Source: Octopus bimaculoides (lineage: Eukaryota). Taken from it: DNA of 64,000 bases. The stretch's first letter is position 1. Every line of letters starts with the position of its first letter. The translations under genes and the position numbers were made by a program. Of this stretch, positions 13,975-26,804 are shown piece by piece. The notes under the pieces are model-generated. The model searched no databases. It was not told the DNA's origin and worked only from the letters and a program-made list of their open reading frames with translations. The DNA is taken from assembly GCF_001194135.2 (NCBI RefSeq), contig NC_068994.1, forward strand, positions 52,624,598 to 52,688,597, in the 5' to 3' direction.

Positions 13975-14460
13975 CAATAACGCTGCTAGAGCCATAACCA
14001 CAATAAGCGACACTGCAACAGAAACAATATTACGAGGAAGGAAATACCTCTTCTTCCACAACAATGCTTTTTGGATCAAGAATATCACCAAAGTATCATT
14101 TCATGTTAGTATGAGATGAAAGGACTCCACAGAAGTAAGCGACATCGTTGGTCTTTACTTACTAGAAAACTTACATAACAAAATTTCCATCCGTCTCAGT
14201 TGGTCTATATTGGGACGACAGTCTAGTAAGAAAAAACATACACCCCGCAAAAAACTGATAAATGTAGGGAGGAACTATATGATTCTTCAAAAGCTTCTCA
14301 ATTTTAGTAGAACCAGAGCTAAAATCAGTAGGTTTATCCTGTACGCTTCTGCATAACAACCAACCTAACCTAATTACCACTCCACTCAAAACCACACGCC
14401 CAGTGAAAATTTTACCTCAGCAGCGACTTTTTACAGCCAAAACAAACTTCAATGCATTGC
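13975..14460 (+). mobile_element. Penelope-like element reverse transcriptase relic
   Basis: AITTISDTATETILRGRKYLFFHNNAFWIKNITKVSFHVSMR*KDSTEVSDIVGLYLLENL, then after a frameshift SVGLYWDDSL. Compare PLE RT RKSLLF...W.K...FDVTMGS.DGAEVCELVGLY and the catalytic GLYRDDGL. Confidence 0.75.
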
Positions 14461-15135
14461 AGTCCGACAACGAAGTCACTTACAATAAAATTCTCGTTTA
14501 AGAATAATAGATCTGCACTCTAGAAAATTATAGAGTAACCCATGATATTAATATAAATATGTTTTTATTATCATTGAAAATAGAAACATATATATGTGTG
14601 TATCTATATGTATATGTATGTTTTGAAAAATTTATCATGAAAAAAAAGGAGTATATTTACATTTTTATCAAAATATTTTGATGAAAATATAAATATTTTT
14701 CTTTTTAATATGAATTTACTCGTGTGAAACAGATCTCTAGACATTTTCAGTATGTATATATATATATATATATNNNNNNNNNNNNNNNNNNNNNNNNNNN
14801 NNNNNNNNNNNNNNNNNNNNNNNNNNNNNNNNNNNNNNNNNNNNNNNNNNNNNNNNNNNNNNNNNNNNNNNNNNNNNNNNNNNNNNNNNNNNNNNNNNNN
14901 NNNNNNNNNNNNNNNNNNNNNNNNNNNNNNNNNNNNNNNNNNNNNNNNNNNNNNNNNNNNNNNNNNNNNNNNNNNNNNNNNNNNNNNNNNNNNNNNNNNN
15001 NNNNNNNNNNNNNNNNNNNNNNNNNNNNNNNNNNNNNNNNNNNNNNNNNNNNNNNNNNNNNNNNNNNNNNNNNNNNNNNNNNNNNNNNNNNNNNNNNNNN
15101 NNNNNNNNNNNNNNNNNNNNNNNNNNNNNNNNNNN

Positions 15136-15176
<41 letters not shown>

Positions 15177-15274
15177 TGAATGTGTGAGTGCGTGCGTGCA
15201 CGTGAGTGCGTGCGTGCACGTTAGTGCGAGCGTGCACGTGAGCTGCGTGGATGTATGCATATGTGTGTGTGTAC

Positions 15275-15610
15275 TTTTATTCTTATACCTGTTTCAGTTA
15301 ATTAACTGGGGCCATGGTGGACCATAGCCTTGACGGGTTTTAGTTGAACAAACCAACACCAGGACTTTATTTCTTAACTCTAATACTTATTTTATCGGTT
15401 CTCTTTTGCCGAACGGCTTGGTTACGGGACGTAAACACACCGACACCGGCTGTCAAGCGGTGATGAAGACAAACACAAATACAAACACAGGCACAAACAG
15501 ACACACACAGATACACGCAGTCATATAAGCATATACATGATAGGATTATTTCAGTTTCCGTCTACTAAATACATTTGAATTCGTCTGCCGGAGGCTATAG
15601 TAAAAGACAC
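15275..15610 (-). mobile_element. SINE family A, degenerate (tail plus part of head)
   Basis: Reverse complement of family A tail motifs (gtgtttacgtcccgtaac...ttcggcaaaagagaaccgata...aataagta...ctgaaaca). Confidence 0.75.
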
Positions 15611-15779
15611 AGAAGTGTGTTGCGTATTACCGCCACATCTTCTGCGTTTCATTTACTTGTAGGAAAGCAGTAACGTCGTACCAAAGCTATATAAATGTTT
15701 ATTTTTAAGTCAGGTTATGAAAGTTTTACATCAAACAGAAGGTTTACTCAATACGTTTTGTAGGGTACATGTTTATTAC

Positions 15780-16170
15780 TTTTTAACAAGAATAGTTTTG
15801 ACTGTGGAACTTTGGTGTGTAAGTATGCTAATACGTAAACGCCATCGATGTCGCCAATAATTGCCGAGTCCTTTGATCCTATTCTTACAAGAAATGGTTC
15901 TTTAGCGGTTTTCCTCATTCAAAAAGCGTTCTTCTGGAAGACGAGGGGTTTCCTTCCTTGTGATATTATTTCTATTTTAGTGTCGTTTGTTGTAGTTTTT
16001 GTCTTTGTGAATTTCGAAACAGCCATAAGAATAAATTTCGTTACTGATGCATAATAATCCTTGAGGTGAAACTTGAAGAAATGGCAAGGCATTCACTTTT
16101 CTTTGGGATCTTATTAAACCAATTTATTACTCTGCATCTGTCACTCCAGAGCAATAATGTTGAGTTAGCT
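15780..16170 (-). mobile_element. Penelope-like element reverse transcriptase relic
   Basis: NSTLLLWSDRCRVINWFNKIPK / FFKFHLKDYYASVTKFILMAVSKFTK...IISQGRKPLVFQKNAF*MRKTAKEPFLVRIGSKDSAIIGDIDGVYVL. Compare VIDWF.KI, FDIKDFYPSI and MGSYDGAEV.ELVGLY. Alignable at DNA level to 14030-14150. Confidence 0.75.
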
Positions 16171-16810
16171 AATACTTACACACATAAACACGCACACACA
16201 CACAAACACAAACACACACAAACACACACATGCACTCAGGCACACACACATATGTATACATCTATATACATATGTATACTAACAAAATAACGAAGGCAGC
16301 TATACGCAATATAAAATCAAATAAAGAAATATTCAATTGTCTTAATTGTGACTAAGGGTGCCGGGTAACACCTATATTGCTAGAAATGAGAGGTAAAACC
16401 ACTAAGCTGCAAGAAAGCGCATTTTGTTATACTGACATGGGAGATAACTGCTCCACAGCAAAGCTAGATCACTATACTAGACTAGTTCCGTTTGAAACTT
16501 ACAAACACATCAGTATCCCCTACTCCATCGCTGGATGGTTCCTGACTGTCAGTATATATATTTACCATTATGTCTGATTCAACAAAATGCTAATGGGAAG
16601 ATGATTAAATAACGAAGGTAGCTATGCGCAATATAAAACCAAAAAAAGGAAAAATTCGATTGTCACTAATTGTGAGTGAGGGTGCTGGAGAGCACCTTAC
16701 CTATATTGCTAGCAGCAAGAGTTAGAGAATCCTTTGAGCCACAAATACATACATACATACATACATGCTTACATGCATGCATGCATGCATGCATCCATAC
16801 ATACATACAT

Positions 16811-16863
<53 letters not shown>

Positions 16864-16881
16864 AATATAATAATAATAATA

Positions 16882-16919
<38 letters not shown>

Positions 16920-17792
16920 GATTAGTCAGAAAGACATGGGATGATGTATTATCCGGATGGTTGTTGATATGTATGTAGCTTAGTACAAACGTCAAAAATT
17001 AATGCCATAATTACCACTGCTAACGTAACTGAAGCGATGAACAAACACAATTATCTCGATGACAATTCATGTATAACATCAGCAAATAGGTTTCAAGAAA
17101 TATCTGAATCAATCGAAAGCAAATTTTAGATCCACTGAATGAAACTAATACAGAAATAAAATAATGGGAAGTCACAAGTAGGATGACCTTGAAGTAAGTT
17201 CTTACCGACCAGTTCGGGTTCGGGGTCAGAAACAACAAGAACGAATCGACAAGAGATTCCTTATGACTCTAAATACAATATGCGTCGGCTAAAAGAGAAA
17301 TAACCTTTCATATAGATTATCGTTTAACATAAATCTGCTCGACCAGGTTATTTGGGGTTTAAATAGGCAGAACAAAAATGAAATAGAAAGAGTATTCATT
17401 ACTATCAATATTGGCAATATAGACGATGATATCAGATTATTTGAAATCCAATACCTTTCGAAACAAGTTGTCTAACACTTATAGCAAATTAGAACTGACT
17501 GGCGTGTCTTGCATCTTCTTCCATTACAAAGAAAACGTTCTTCATTCTACATTTGTTTTTCGATGCACAGTGTCTCAATTCGCTACTACTTTACTTTGTC
17601 TTTTTTCTTGCAAAGCAAAAATCGATAAAAATAATATGTACAAGAAAATAATAAATACATAAATATATTTACAGTATCGTGCTAAATTAAATGCACAAAA
17701 AAAAAGAAGAGAACATGTATAGAGAAAAAAAAGTATCATTAATAATAAATCTTCTTCGTTCGGAGCAAAGGACTAAAGAAACTGTTACAATA

Positions 17793-17905
17793 TTATGAAG
17801 TTTTTTCAATATGTATAATTTGTTTTTCATTATGTTTCTTGAAATCGATACGAGTGTAATGATATAGTAATTTAATATCTCCCTTGTCGCCAACAAAATA
17901 AAAAT
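17793..17905 (-). CDS. Candidate terminal coding exon, product unknown
   Basis: Strong acceptor ggtttctttttacag; open phase-1 frame FYFVGDKGDIKLLYHYTRIDFKKHNEKQIIHIEKTS*; phase-compatible with 18863-18907. Confidence 0.35.
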
Positions 17906-18862
17906 CTGTAAAAAGAAACCTTTTAATTTTACAATTCCGATTTTCGGTATTCCCTATACGAAAAAAAAATATATGAGAAAAATAGTATGAAAGTTTATAC
18001 ATTCGCACGCACACACGCACACACACATATAGAAATGATGACGAAGCTGATGATGATGCTAACGATGATGATGATGACGATGGTGGTGATGGTGATGATG
18101 GTGAGGGTGCTGATAGTGTTACATGTAGCGATGAGTTCGATAGAGATATTGTTCCTGTAGGTGATGACTATGTTCATGTTTTAATGGTGGTGATGGTTGT
18201 GAGGTTGATGATGGCGACGATGACGACAGCGATGATGATGGTTACATGTATCGTGCAGAGATTGATGGTAAAGATCATTTACATAAATATAGTTACGTAT
18301 ACGGAATATTCCTCGGAAGTGTATGATATCTTGTGCATTATTTAACATCATGTACGAGACATATACGAGATATATTTTTAAGAATCTTTACCGTATCTAT
18401 TATGAAGATATTACTTTTGCATTTGGTGACCTTGCAGTACTCTGGGAGATTTTTTTTTTTTGTGTTAAGTAATTATGAGTTTCTGGCAATGCATGTAGAG
18501 GAGATGATTTACGCGTCTAAAATATACAGAATGGATAGTCATTTGCTGGTGTGTTTGCACGAGCGTGTGTATATATGCATAGATGTCCGTAAATACACAT
18601 CTACCTTACGATTGCTAAAGTAGAAATACACTGGACTTGGAAAATCCTTACCATGTAGCATATAAGATAGACATAACTTCTACAAATCTCGAAGAATTAT
18701 CCCCTTCGCTATGTCTAATTAATTTCTTTTATAACATAGGTATAAATACATCTTAATTTCTATATGTATATATACATATGTCATAAAACAAATTGCATAC
18801 GACATACTGAAGCGAAGGAAACACAATTTATATATTAAATTTGCGTTGTCTTCTGACCTTAC

Positions 18863-18907
18863 ATGAAGGGAAAAGGACAAATTCGCCCGTCTTCATATAT
18901 GGAAGAT
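18863..18907 (-). CDS. Candidate 45-nt internal coding exon, product unknown
   Basis: Acceptor gttgttttgaatttag with CTGAC branch-like site upstream; donor CAT|gtaagg; phase 1-1 frame LPYMKTGEFVLFPS. Confidence 0.35.
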
Positions 18908-20130
18908 CTAAATTCAAAACAACATAATCCAGGTCAGAAAAGCAGAGTTTGAAAACGATAAGAACTGTATAATAAACATTTTCATCACAATCAGTAGGGA
19001 AATAATATTTATTATCCAGAAACAAAGTGTAATTAATATCAGTTTCCAGCCATTATATTGGGACGCCCTATAAATTCAGCCATCTCATCAATCTCACTAA
19101 AAGCAATGTTTTAAATATACTATCATCGACCAAACGTCTTTATAAATAATATATATCTAATTTTAATTTTATTTTATCGCCATTTACTGTTTACATATCT
19201 ATTCATTTATTTTCACTGAAACATATTGGAGAATTTCGCAGCAATATTTAATAACGTTTTATGTAGATGATATATTAAATATGAGGAGAAAACTAAGTAA
19301 CAATAGTCGTAGATATATTATCATTAGAAGGGCACTTAACGGTGCAAATATATAATCGTTAAAGTGTCAACTAGGGAAATGAACGCTTGCCGCCTGCGAA
19401 CACGAGGTGATGGAAGGTTAAGAAGACCTAGAGCTTTTAATAAATACAAATTGAGAAATGAATTGTCCTGTGCTCTCACCAGACACACATTTAGTGGAGT
19501 ATCAAATTACATACACGGATACGTGCATATATATATATATGTGTGTGCGTGCGGTATATGCGAGTGTGTGTATATATGCATAGATATACGTAAATACATA
19601 TTGAAATAGACGTGACGTGTATATTGATGGACATATACATACATACACGTGTATATATATATATATATATATATATNNNNNNNNNNNNNNNNNNNNNNNN
19701 NNNNNNNNNNNNNNNNNNNNNNNNNNNNNNNNNNNNNNNNNNNNNNNNNNNNNNNNNNNNNNNNNNNNNNNNNNNNNNNNNNNNNNNNNNNNNNNNNNNN
19801 NNNNNNNNNNNNNNNNNNNNNNNNNNNNNNNNNNNNNNNNNNNNNNNNNNNNNNNNNNNNNNNNNNNNNNNNNNNNNNNNNNNNNNNNNNNNNNNNNNNN
19901 NNNNNNNNNNNNNNNNNNNNNNNNNNNNNNNNNNNNNNNNNNNNNNNNNNNNNNNNNNNNNNNNNNNNNNNNNNNNNNNNNNNNNNNTATATATGAAACA
20001 TCATCAGACTATGGATAGTGCATTGTTGTACCATTCAAAACTTTTTATTCCTTACAAACAATACACAATGCCTCAAGCGAACTACAATACTCTTCCATAT
20101 ACATGTATGTATGTATGTATATATATCTTC

Positions 20131-20190
20131 TATCCTTTTCCTTTTACTTGTTCGAGTCATTTGACTGCAGCCATGCTGGAGCACCGCCTT
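20131..20190 (-). mobile_element. SINE family A 3' tail fragment
   Basis: cttttacttgttcgagtcatttgactgcagccatgctggagcaccgcctt is the reverse complement of the family A terminus. Confidence 0.85.
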
Positions 20191-20245
20191 ATGTATGCGC
20201 ACACATACACACTTCGCGCGCGCACACTCGCGCATACGTACACAT

Positions 20246-20281
<36 letters not shown>

Positions 20282-20699
20282 ACACATATAGGCACACATA
20301 TACACACATATGATGCACATGTCATGAACGCACGTAAGGCTTTGTCGTTCGTTGATGATTTGTCTTCCGACCCTTAACATTTTCAATATTAATAATATTA
20401 CCAACCTTTTCATTTGACCTTGGACATGAAAGCCTTCATAATACTTGATTAAAAAAGCGTTAATTAATCACACACTCACATTATGCGGAATACAACCGAT
20501 CTGAAATATTTACATGATATTGCGATATACATATAATGACGTGTTATTGGAAATAATAATCATCATTTGAAGATACGAAGACAAATTAATATAATCAATA
20601 TGCCACGTTCCCATTGTCAATTTGCCAAATGATACAATGTGCCACTAAGTGACTATCATATGCATACACACACATGTATGTATGTATGTATGCATATAC

Positions 20700-20767
<68 letters not shown>

Positions 20768-20807
20768 ATATGTGTGAGTGAATATATATGCTTATGTGTG
20801 TATGTTC

Positions 20808-20875
<68 letters not shown>

Positions 20876-21169
20876 ATATGTACATCCGCTTGGGTGTAAG
20901 GGAAAGAAATGTTTGCAGGATATGCGATGTTGGCATGTAGAATTGTTGGTTAACAGCAACAAAGGATAATAACAATGTAGGTTTTGATATTAATAAACAC
21001 CACCATCACCACTACTGCTATCACCAGCCGCACTGCTGCTGCTGCTACTACTACTACTACTACTACTACTACTGCATTACTACTATAGCTGCAGCTGCTG
21101 CTGCCGGTGTGGTTCATACTGTTGCCTCTGTTGGTTTCTAATTTAGCAACAAAGTCAGCAGTTTTGAAG

Positions 21170-21582
21170 AGTTGGGGACTAACCAACACGAACCACACCA
21201 GTACTAGTCAAGTAGTATATACTATTGACCCCAGCCTCACGAAAGGATAAAAAGCGAAATTGATTTTGGCGTGATTTGAACTCNNNNNNNNNNNNNNNNN
21301 NNNNNNNNNNNNNNNNNNNNNNNNNNNNNNNNNNNNNNNNNNNNNNNNNNNNNNNNNNNNNNNNNNNNNNNNNNNNNNNNNNNNNNNNNNNNNNNNNNNN
21401 NNNNNNNNNNNNNNNNNNNNNNNNNNNNNNCGACTCCAGTGTTTTATTGGTACTTAATTTAACGAGCCTGAAAGGATGAAAGGTAAAGTCGACTACGGCA
21501 AAATTGAACTCAAATCGTGAAGACGGACGAAATTCAGGTAAGCATTTTGCCTGGCGTGCTAACGATTCTGCAATTTACCACC

Positions 21583-21614
<32 letters not shown>

Positions 21615-21922
21615 CCTTTCTACTAAAGGCACACATCTTGAAATTTGTGGGGAGGGGACTAGTCGGTTACTTTGACCCTGAAAGGATGAAAGGCAAAGTC
21701 GACCTCGGCGGAATTTGAACTCAGATTATAGCGATGGGCGAAATATCACTAAACATTTCGTCCAGCACAATAATGATTGTGCCAGATCGCCGTCTTAATA
21801 ATAGTAATAATTCCTTCTATTATAGATAAAAGGCCTAGTACAGCGGCTCCAGTGTTTGACCCCGAAAGGATGAAAGGCAAAGCTGACCTCGGCGCAATTT
21901 GAACTCAGAATGTAGCGACTGG

Positions 21923-21998
<76 letters not shown>

Positions 21999-22212
21999 TA
22001 ATAATAATAATAATAATAATAACGGTTTCTAATAATATTAATGTGTCACCTTAATCTGCTAGCTGTGGACAGCTGACACTTTCCATCATTCTCAGCAAAA
22101 TAAGCTGAGAGTTTTCATCAAATATTAATAATAATCACGTCTATTGTTGGCACAGGGCCTGAAAATTTGGGAAGGGGTTAAGTCGATTATATTGACCCCA
22201 CAACTGAACTGT
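21170..22212 (-). mobile_element. Cluster of about five co-oriented SINE family B copies, several separated by (TAA)n
   Basis: Copies at about 21170-21283, 21431-21582, 21615-21796, 21813-21924 and 22136-22212 share gaaaggatgaaaggcaaagtcgacctcggcggaatttgaactc and/or the cctttctact terminus. Confidence 0.85.
21925..22022. repeat. (AAT)n microsatellite
   Basis: Read directly from the sequence. Confidence 0.95.
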
Positions 22213-23786
22213 AGAGGGGGCATGTGTGATGCTGTATATGTGATACGTATATGTGTGACAACCAGTAATGTTTTCTGTGTGTCCCTATCACTTATAGTTT
22301 TAGAAAAAAAAATACTGAGACAGACACCAGTCTTTAAAAATAAAACAATATACATTTATTGAGGTCGACTTGTTCAGACAAACCCTTGAAGGTGGTGTTC
22401 CTGCATGGCCGTAGGTCATTAACTAAAACAAGAAGCCGAATTAGTTTTAACTCTAGTATGTTATTTTTCATGAAGTTGATTGATTTATGCTTCTTGTTTA
22501 AGATTAATCGACGTGTTGAATGCAATTCTTTGGACCTAGCTATTCAATAAGGAGAGAATTTCGCATAGCTTGCAGTTCACGACTTTTACAATAGTACGTG
22601 GGAAGTAAAATGTGTTTGAACTTGTGAAGAACAAAAAGCAAAATAAATAAAAATAATTAAAGATGGAATAGCAAATGGTATGTTATATAATGAAACTTAA
22701 TCAATCAACTGAACTGCACTCGTTTCGTTACTAACAACATTAAGAAAAAAATTCCCTATATGCACGTACACACACACAAACACACACAAACATACACACG
22801 CACATATGTATGTGTGTATATATGTATATAATACATATATATATATATATAATACATATACGTATATGTATACATACGTATAAACAATCACACACGCACA
22901 CACAGAGACATATCATAATATTTATTACACTCGCAATGAAAAGACTTCATCTCCATAAACCAAGAGGAAAAGAAATGAAAGACGACTCCGTAATCAAAGC
23001 TAATTATTGAACAAGGAAAAAAACATAATATCACCTATTGATAAGCTAATAACTGAACCGTGTGTTTGTCACGCCTGACAGAAAAACATTATAGATAGCA
23101 AAACGAACCAAAGAATAAAAAAAATATGAAAGCAAATTAAACACATATTGAAAAGAGAACATCATATCGGGAGAATTAACTAAAAACTGCACCAGGATAA
23201 CACTGACGTATGCTATTAGACGTTACTCTACTGATTTTTGATGGTGTGTTTCTCAGTCTATTTCTTAACAATTATTTGTTTCAATGTTTTACTTTATTGT
23301 TTTACAGCTTTGGAAGAAACGATAGAAACACAATTTATAAAAATAAAAATAAAACCCCTTTGAATCAGATGACTATTTGCGATTGCCAAATTTTCTTGTG
23401 TTCTTTGAATATTGCCTATGGGAGATATATGAATACATACATACATACATACATACATACATACATACATACATACATACATACGAGTATATATATAATT
23501 ATGTGTGTGTATCTGTTTGCGCGTGTGTGTGTGTTTTGAGTGTAGCTCAAATTTACAAAAAACAAAAGACGAAGTCAAGTGTAGAAATGACAAACTAGTC
23601 TATTAGCTGGACGCTCAGGAATAATGGATAAGTCTTTTACGTTTCGAGCCTACGCTCTTCGGTAGAAATAATTAAGAGGAAAAGAAATGGAGTGAGAATG
23701 AAAAAAACGAGGAGAGAATAAACGTTCAGAGTTCAACGGTCCAATATTGTGAGATGACTGGAAAAAAGATGTTGAGTGAAGGAGAG

Positions 23787-23851
<65 letters not shown>

Positions 23852-23923
23852 GATAATAATAATAATAATAATATAAATAATAATAACGATAATGATGATG
23901 GTGATGATGATGATGATAATGAT

Positions 23924-23954
<31 letters not shown>

Positions 23955-23956
23955 GC

Positions 23957-24005
<49 letters not shown>

Positions 24006-24030
24006 GTAATAATAACAACAACAAAAATGA
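23787..24030. repeat. Compound (AAT)n/(GAT)n/(AAC)n microsatellite
   Basis: Read directly from the sequence. Confidence 0.95.
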
Positions 24031-24331
24031 TAGCAACAACGGTAAAGTTAATGGTCACCCCAACAAACATAGGTGTGTAACGTGTGTGGATGTGAGAATG
24101 ATGAGTCAGAGTGTGTATGTGTGAATGGGGTGAGCGTGTGTAAGTGCGTGTTGTGTGTACCAGTTGATGTACGCTTGTTCAGGTGGTGCGTGCACATGTA
24201 TATGTGCGTTTGGGTGTATGATATAGTAGCGTGCATGTATATAATGTATGGCTGTGGGCAATGCATGTGTCTATGCATGTTGCGCGTGTGTATACATACA
24301 TGCACACATACACACACGCACACACACACAT

Positions 24332-24364
<33 letters not shown>

Positions 24365-24366
24365 GG

Positions 24367-24404
<38 letters not shown>

Positions 24405-24418
24405 CATACATACACACA

Positions 24419-24449
<31 letters not shown>

Positions 24450-25140
24450 TTGGTAAGNNNNNNNNNNNNNNNNNNNNNNNNNNNNNNNNNNNNNNNNNNN
24501 NNNNNNNNNNNNNNNNNNNNNNNNNNNNNNNNNNNNNNNNNNNNNNNNNNNNNNNNNNNNNNNNNNNNNNNNNNNNNNNNNNNNNNNNNNNNNNNNNNNN
24601 NNNNNNNNNNNNNNNNNNNNNNNNNNNNNNNNNNNNNNNNNNNNNNNNNNNNNNNNNNNNNNNNNNNNNNNNNNNNNNNNNNNNNNNNNNNNNNNNNNNN
24701 NNNNNNNNNNNNNNNNNNNNNNNNNNNNNNNNNNNNNNNNNNNNNNNNNNNNNNNNNNNNNNNNNNNNNNNNNNNNNNNNNNNNNNNNNNNNNNNNNNNN
24801 NNNNNNNNNNNNNNNNNNNNNNNNNNNNNNNNNNNNNNNNNNNNNNNNNNNNNNNNNNNNNNNNNNNNNNNNNNNNNNNNNNNNNNNNNNNNNNNNNNNN
24901 NNNNNNNNNNNNNNNNNNNNNNNNNNNNNNNNNNNNNNNNNNNNNNNNNNNNNNNNNNNNNNNNNNNNNNNNNNNNNNNNNNNNNNNNNNNNNNNNNNNN
25001 NNNNNNNNNNNNNNNNNNNNNNNNNNNNNNNNNNNNNNNNNNNNNNNNNNNNNNNNNNNNNNNNNNNNNNNNNNNNNNNNNNNNNNNNNNNNNNNNNNNN
25101 NNNNNNNNNNGCACACATACACACACGCACACACACACAT

Positions 25141-25173
<33 letters not shown>

Positions 25174-25175
25174 GG

Positions 25176-25213
<38 letters not shown>

Positions 25214-25227
25214 CATACATACACACA

Positions 25228-25258
<31 letters not shown>

Positions 25259-25259
25259 T

Positions 25260-25406
25260 TGGTAAGTAGCTTGCTTACCAACCACCTGGTTACGATTTCA
25301 GTCCTACTGCCTAGCACCTTGGGCAAATGTTTTGTAACATAGCCTCAGGCCGACCAATCCCTTCTGAGTGGATTTGGTGTTGACGGAAACTGAAAGAACC
25401 TCGATG
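25260..25406 (+). mobile_element. SINE family A head
   Basis: tggtaagtagcttgcttaccaaccac...ccttgggcaa...gtggatttgg...gacggaaactgaaagaa followed by (TA)n. Confidence 0.85.
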
Positions 25407-25449
25407 TATATATATATATATATATATTCTTTTATTTCTTTTATTTTGA

Positions 25450-25637
25450 AGGAAAGCCGTTACTCGATATCATCGAACCGACTCCATTATTTGGCTAGTA
25501 CTTTATGTTTTTGAGATTGAGATGGGCAAAAGGTACAGCTGACCTCAGTGATATTTGAACGCAGAATGTAATGATCTGAGACAAGTTCCGGAAGATATTT
25601 TTTTCTACGATATAACGATTCTGTCAATTCATCACCA
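25450..25637 (-). mobile_element. SINE family B, old degenerate copy
   Basis: aaaggtacagctgacctcagtgatatttgaacgcagaatgta...aacgattctgtcaattcatcacc resembles the 21615-21796 copy. Confidence 0.6.
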
Positions 25638-26575
25638 TTGTGTTCGCAAATCATACATACAAACAGTCCGAAACGAGGAATGAAATATAATGGCGCATGG
25701 AAGAGGTGAGACTAACACTTTTTACAAAACCATTTGTTGGATAATAATGAATCAGTTTTATAATCTTCGTTTCTTTATACATTCTTTGTGTGACTTCCTT
25801 AGTTATGAGATTTTTGTTTACTTTATTGTATATTTTAATGTCATTAACACTTGAATAATATATATACTAGAATAAGAATTGCACACCAAACGCTTTATAC
25901 CTTAATTTATGATTTGGCCGTTATAAAGTTGAGTTATTATTTTGTCAAATATGCAGTATTTAAAAATCGATATATATATAAATGAGCTTCATGATTGTCA
26001 TTGATGTCATAATAATAACCAGACTATCTCAAAGTAACATTAAGAATAGACAGAAAGGAAATCACGATGAAGCTGACGAAACGTAATAAGATTTACAGAA
26101 GAATCATAAACATGAATTTGCTTTGAATAAATAGATGAAAGAAAACGAAATATATATAAAAAAATTGACAAAAGATTAATGAGTATTTTGGCATTATGTT
26201 ATTGATGAAAAAATAAAGAGAAAACGAAAAAACAAGCTTCAAGCGAACAAGGTTCTTAAAAGAGCATACTTTCTATAAAGTATACGACAAAAAAAAAGAG
26301 AGACAGAAAGAAAGAAAGAAAGAAAGAAAAGAAAAACGAATTATACTATACACATCAAAGTGTTTAATATATTACATAGAATATTACATTGGAAACAGTT
26401 CGGAGCACAAGGAATATAATGTCATTTTCACAGCACATCTCTCTCTCTTTCTTTCTCTCTTACTNNNNNNNNNNNNNNNNNNNNNNNNNNNNNNNNNNNN
26501 NNNNNNNNNNNNNNNNNNNNNNNNNNNNNNNNNNNNNNNNNNNNNNNNNNNNNNNNNNNNNNNNNNNNNNNNNNN

Positions 26576-26606
<31 letters not shown>

Positions 26607-26763
26607 GTATATGTGTATGTATATATATATGTATATATACTATAATGTTCATAAGTGCATATACATATACGAAGTTCATAAGTGTATACACACACGCACT
26701 TATAGTAGATACCATCTATGTGTAGAATATGTACACATATGTGCATTTGTGTGTATGTATATG

Positions 26764-26804
<41 letters not shown>

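Noticed and set aside
17206-17288. Minus-strand exon with a strong acceptor and gtaag donor
   Set aside because: The 83-nt form has stops in all three frames, and the 63-nt form is unrecognisable and out of phase with neighbouring candidates. It could only be non-coding.
18030-18250. Asp/Gly-rich open frame
   Set aside because: It is a decayed (GAT/GGT)n microsatellite with no splice context.
18561-19602. About 40-bp similar segments at 18561 and 19562
   Set aside because: Both are low-complexity TA/TG-derived sequence, and the similarity does not extend into the flanks.
21431-22022. CRISPR-like repeat-spacer array
   Set aside because: The units are SINE copies of variable length separated by microsatellites in a eukaryotic context, with no cas genes.
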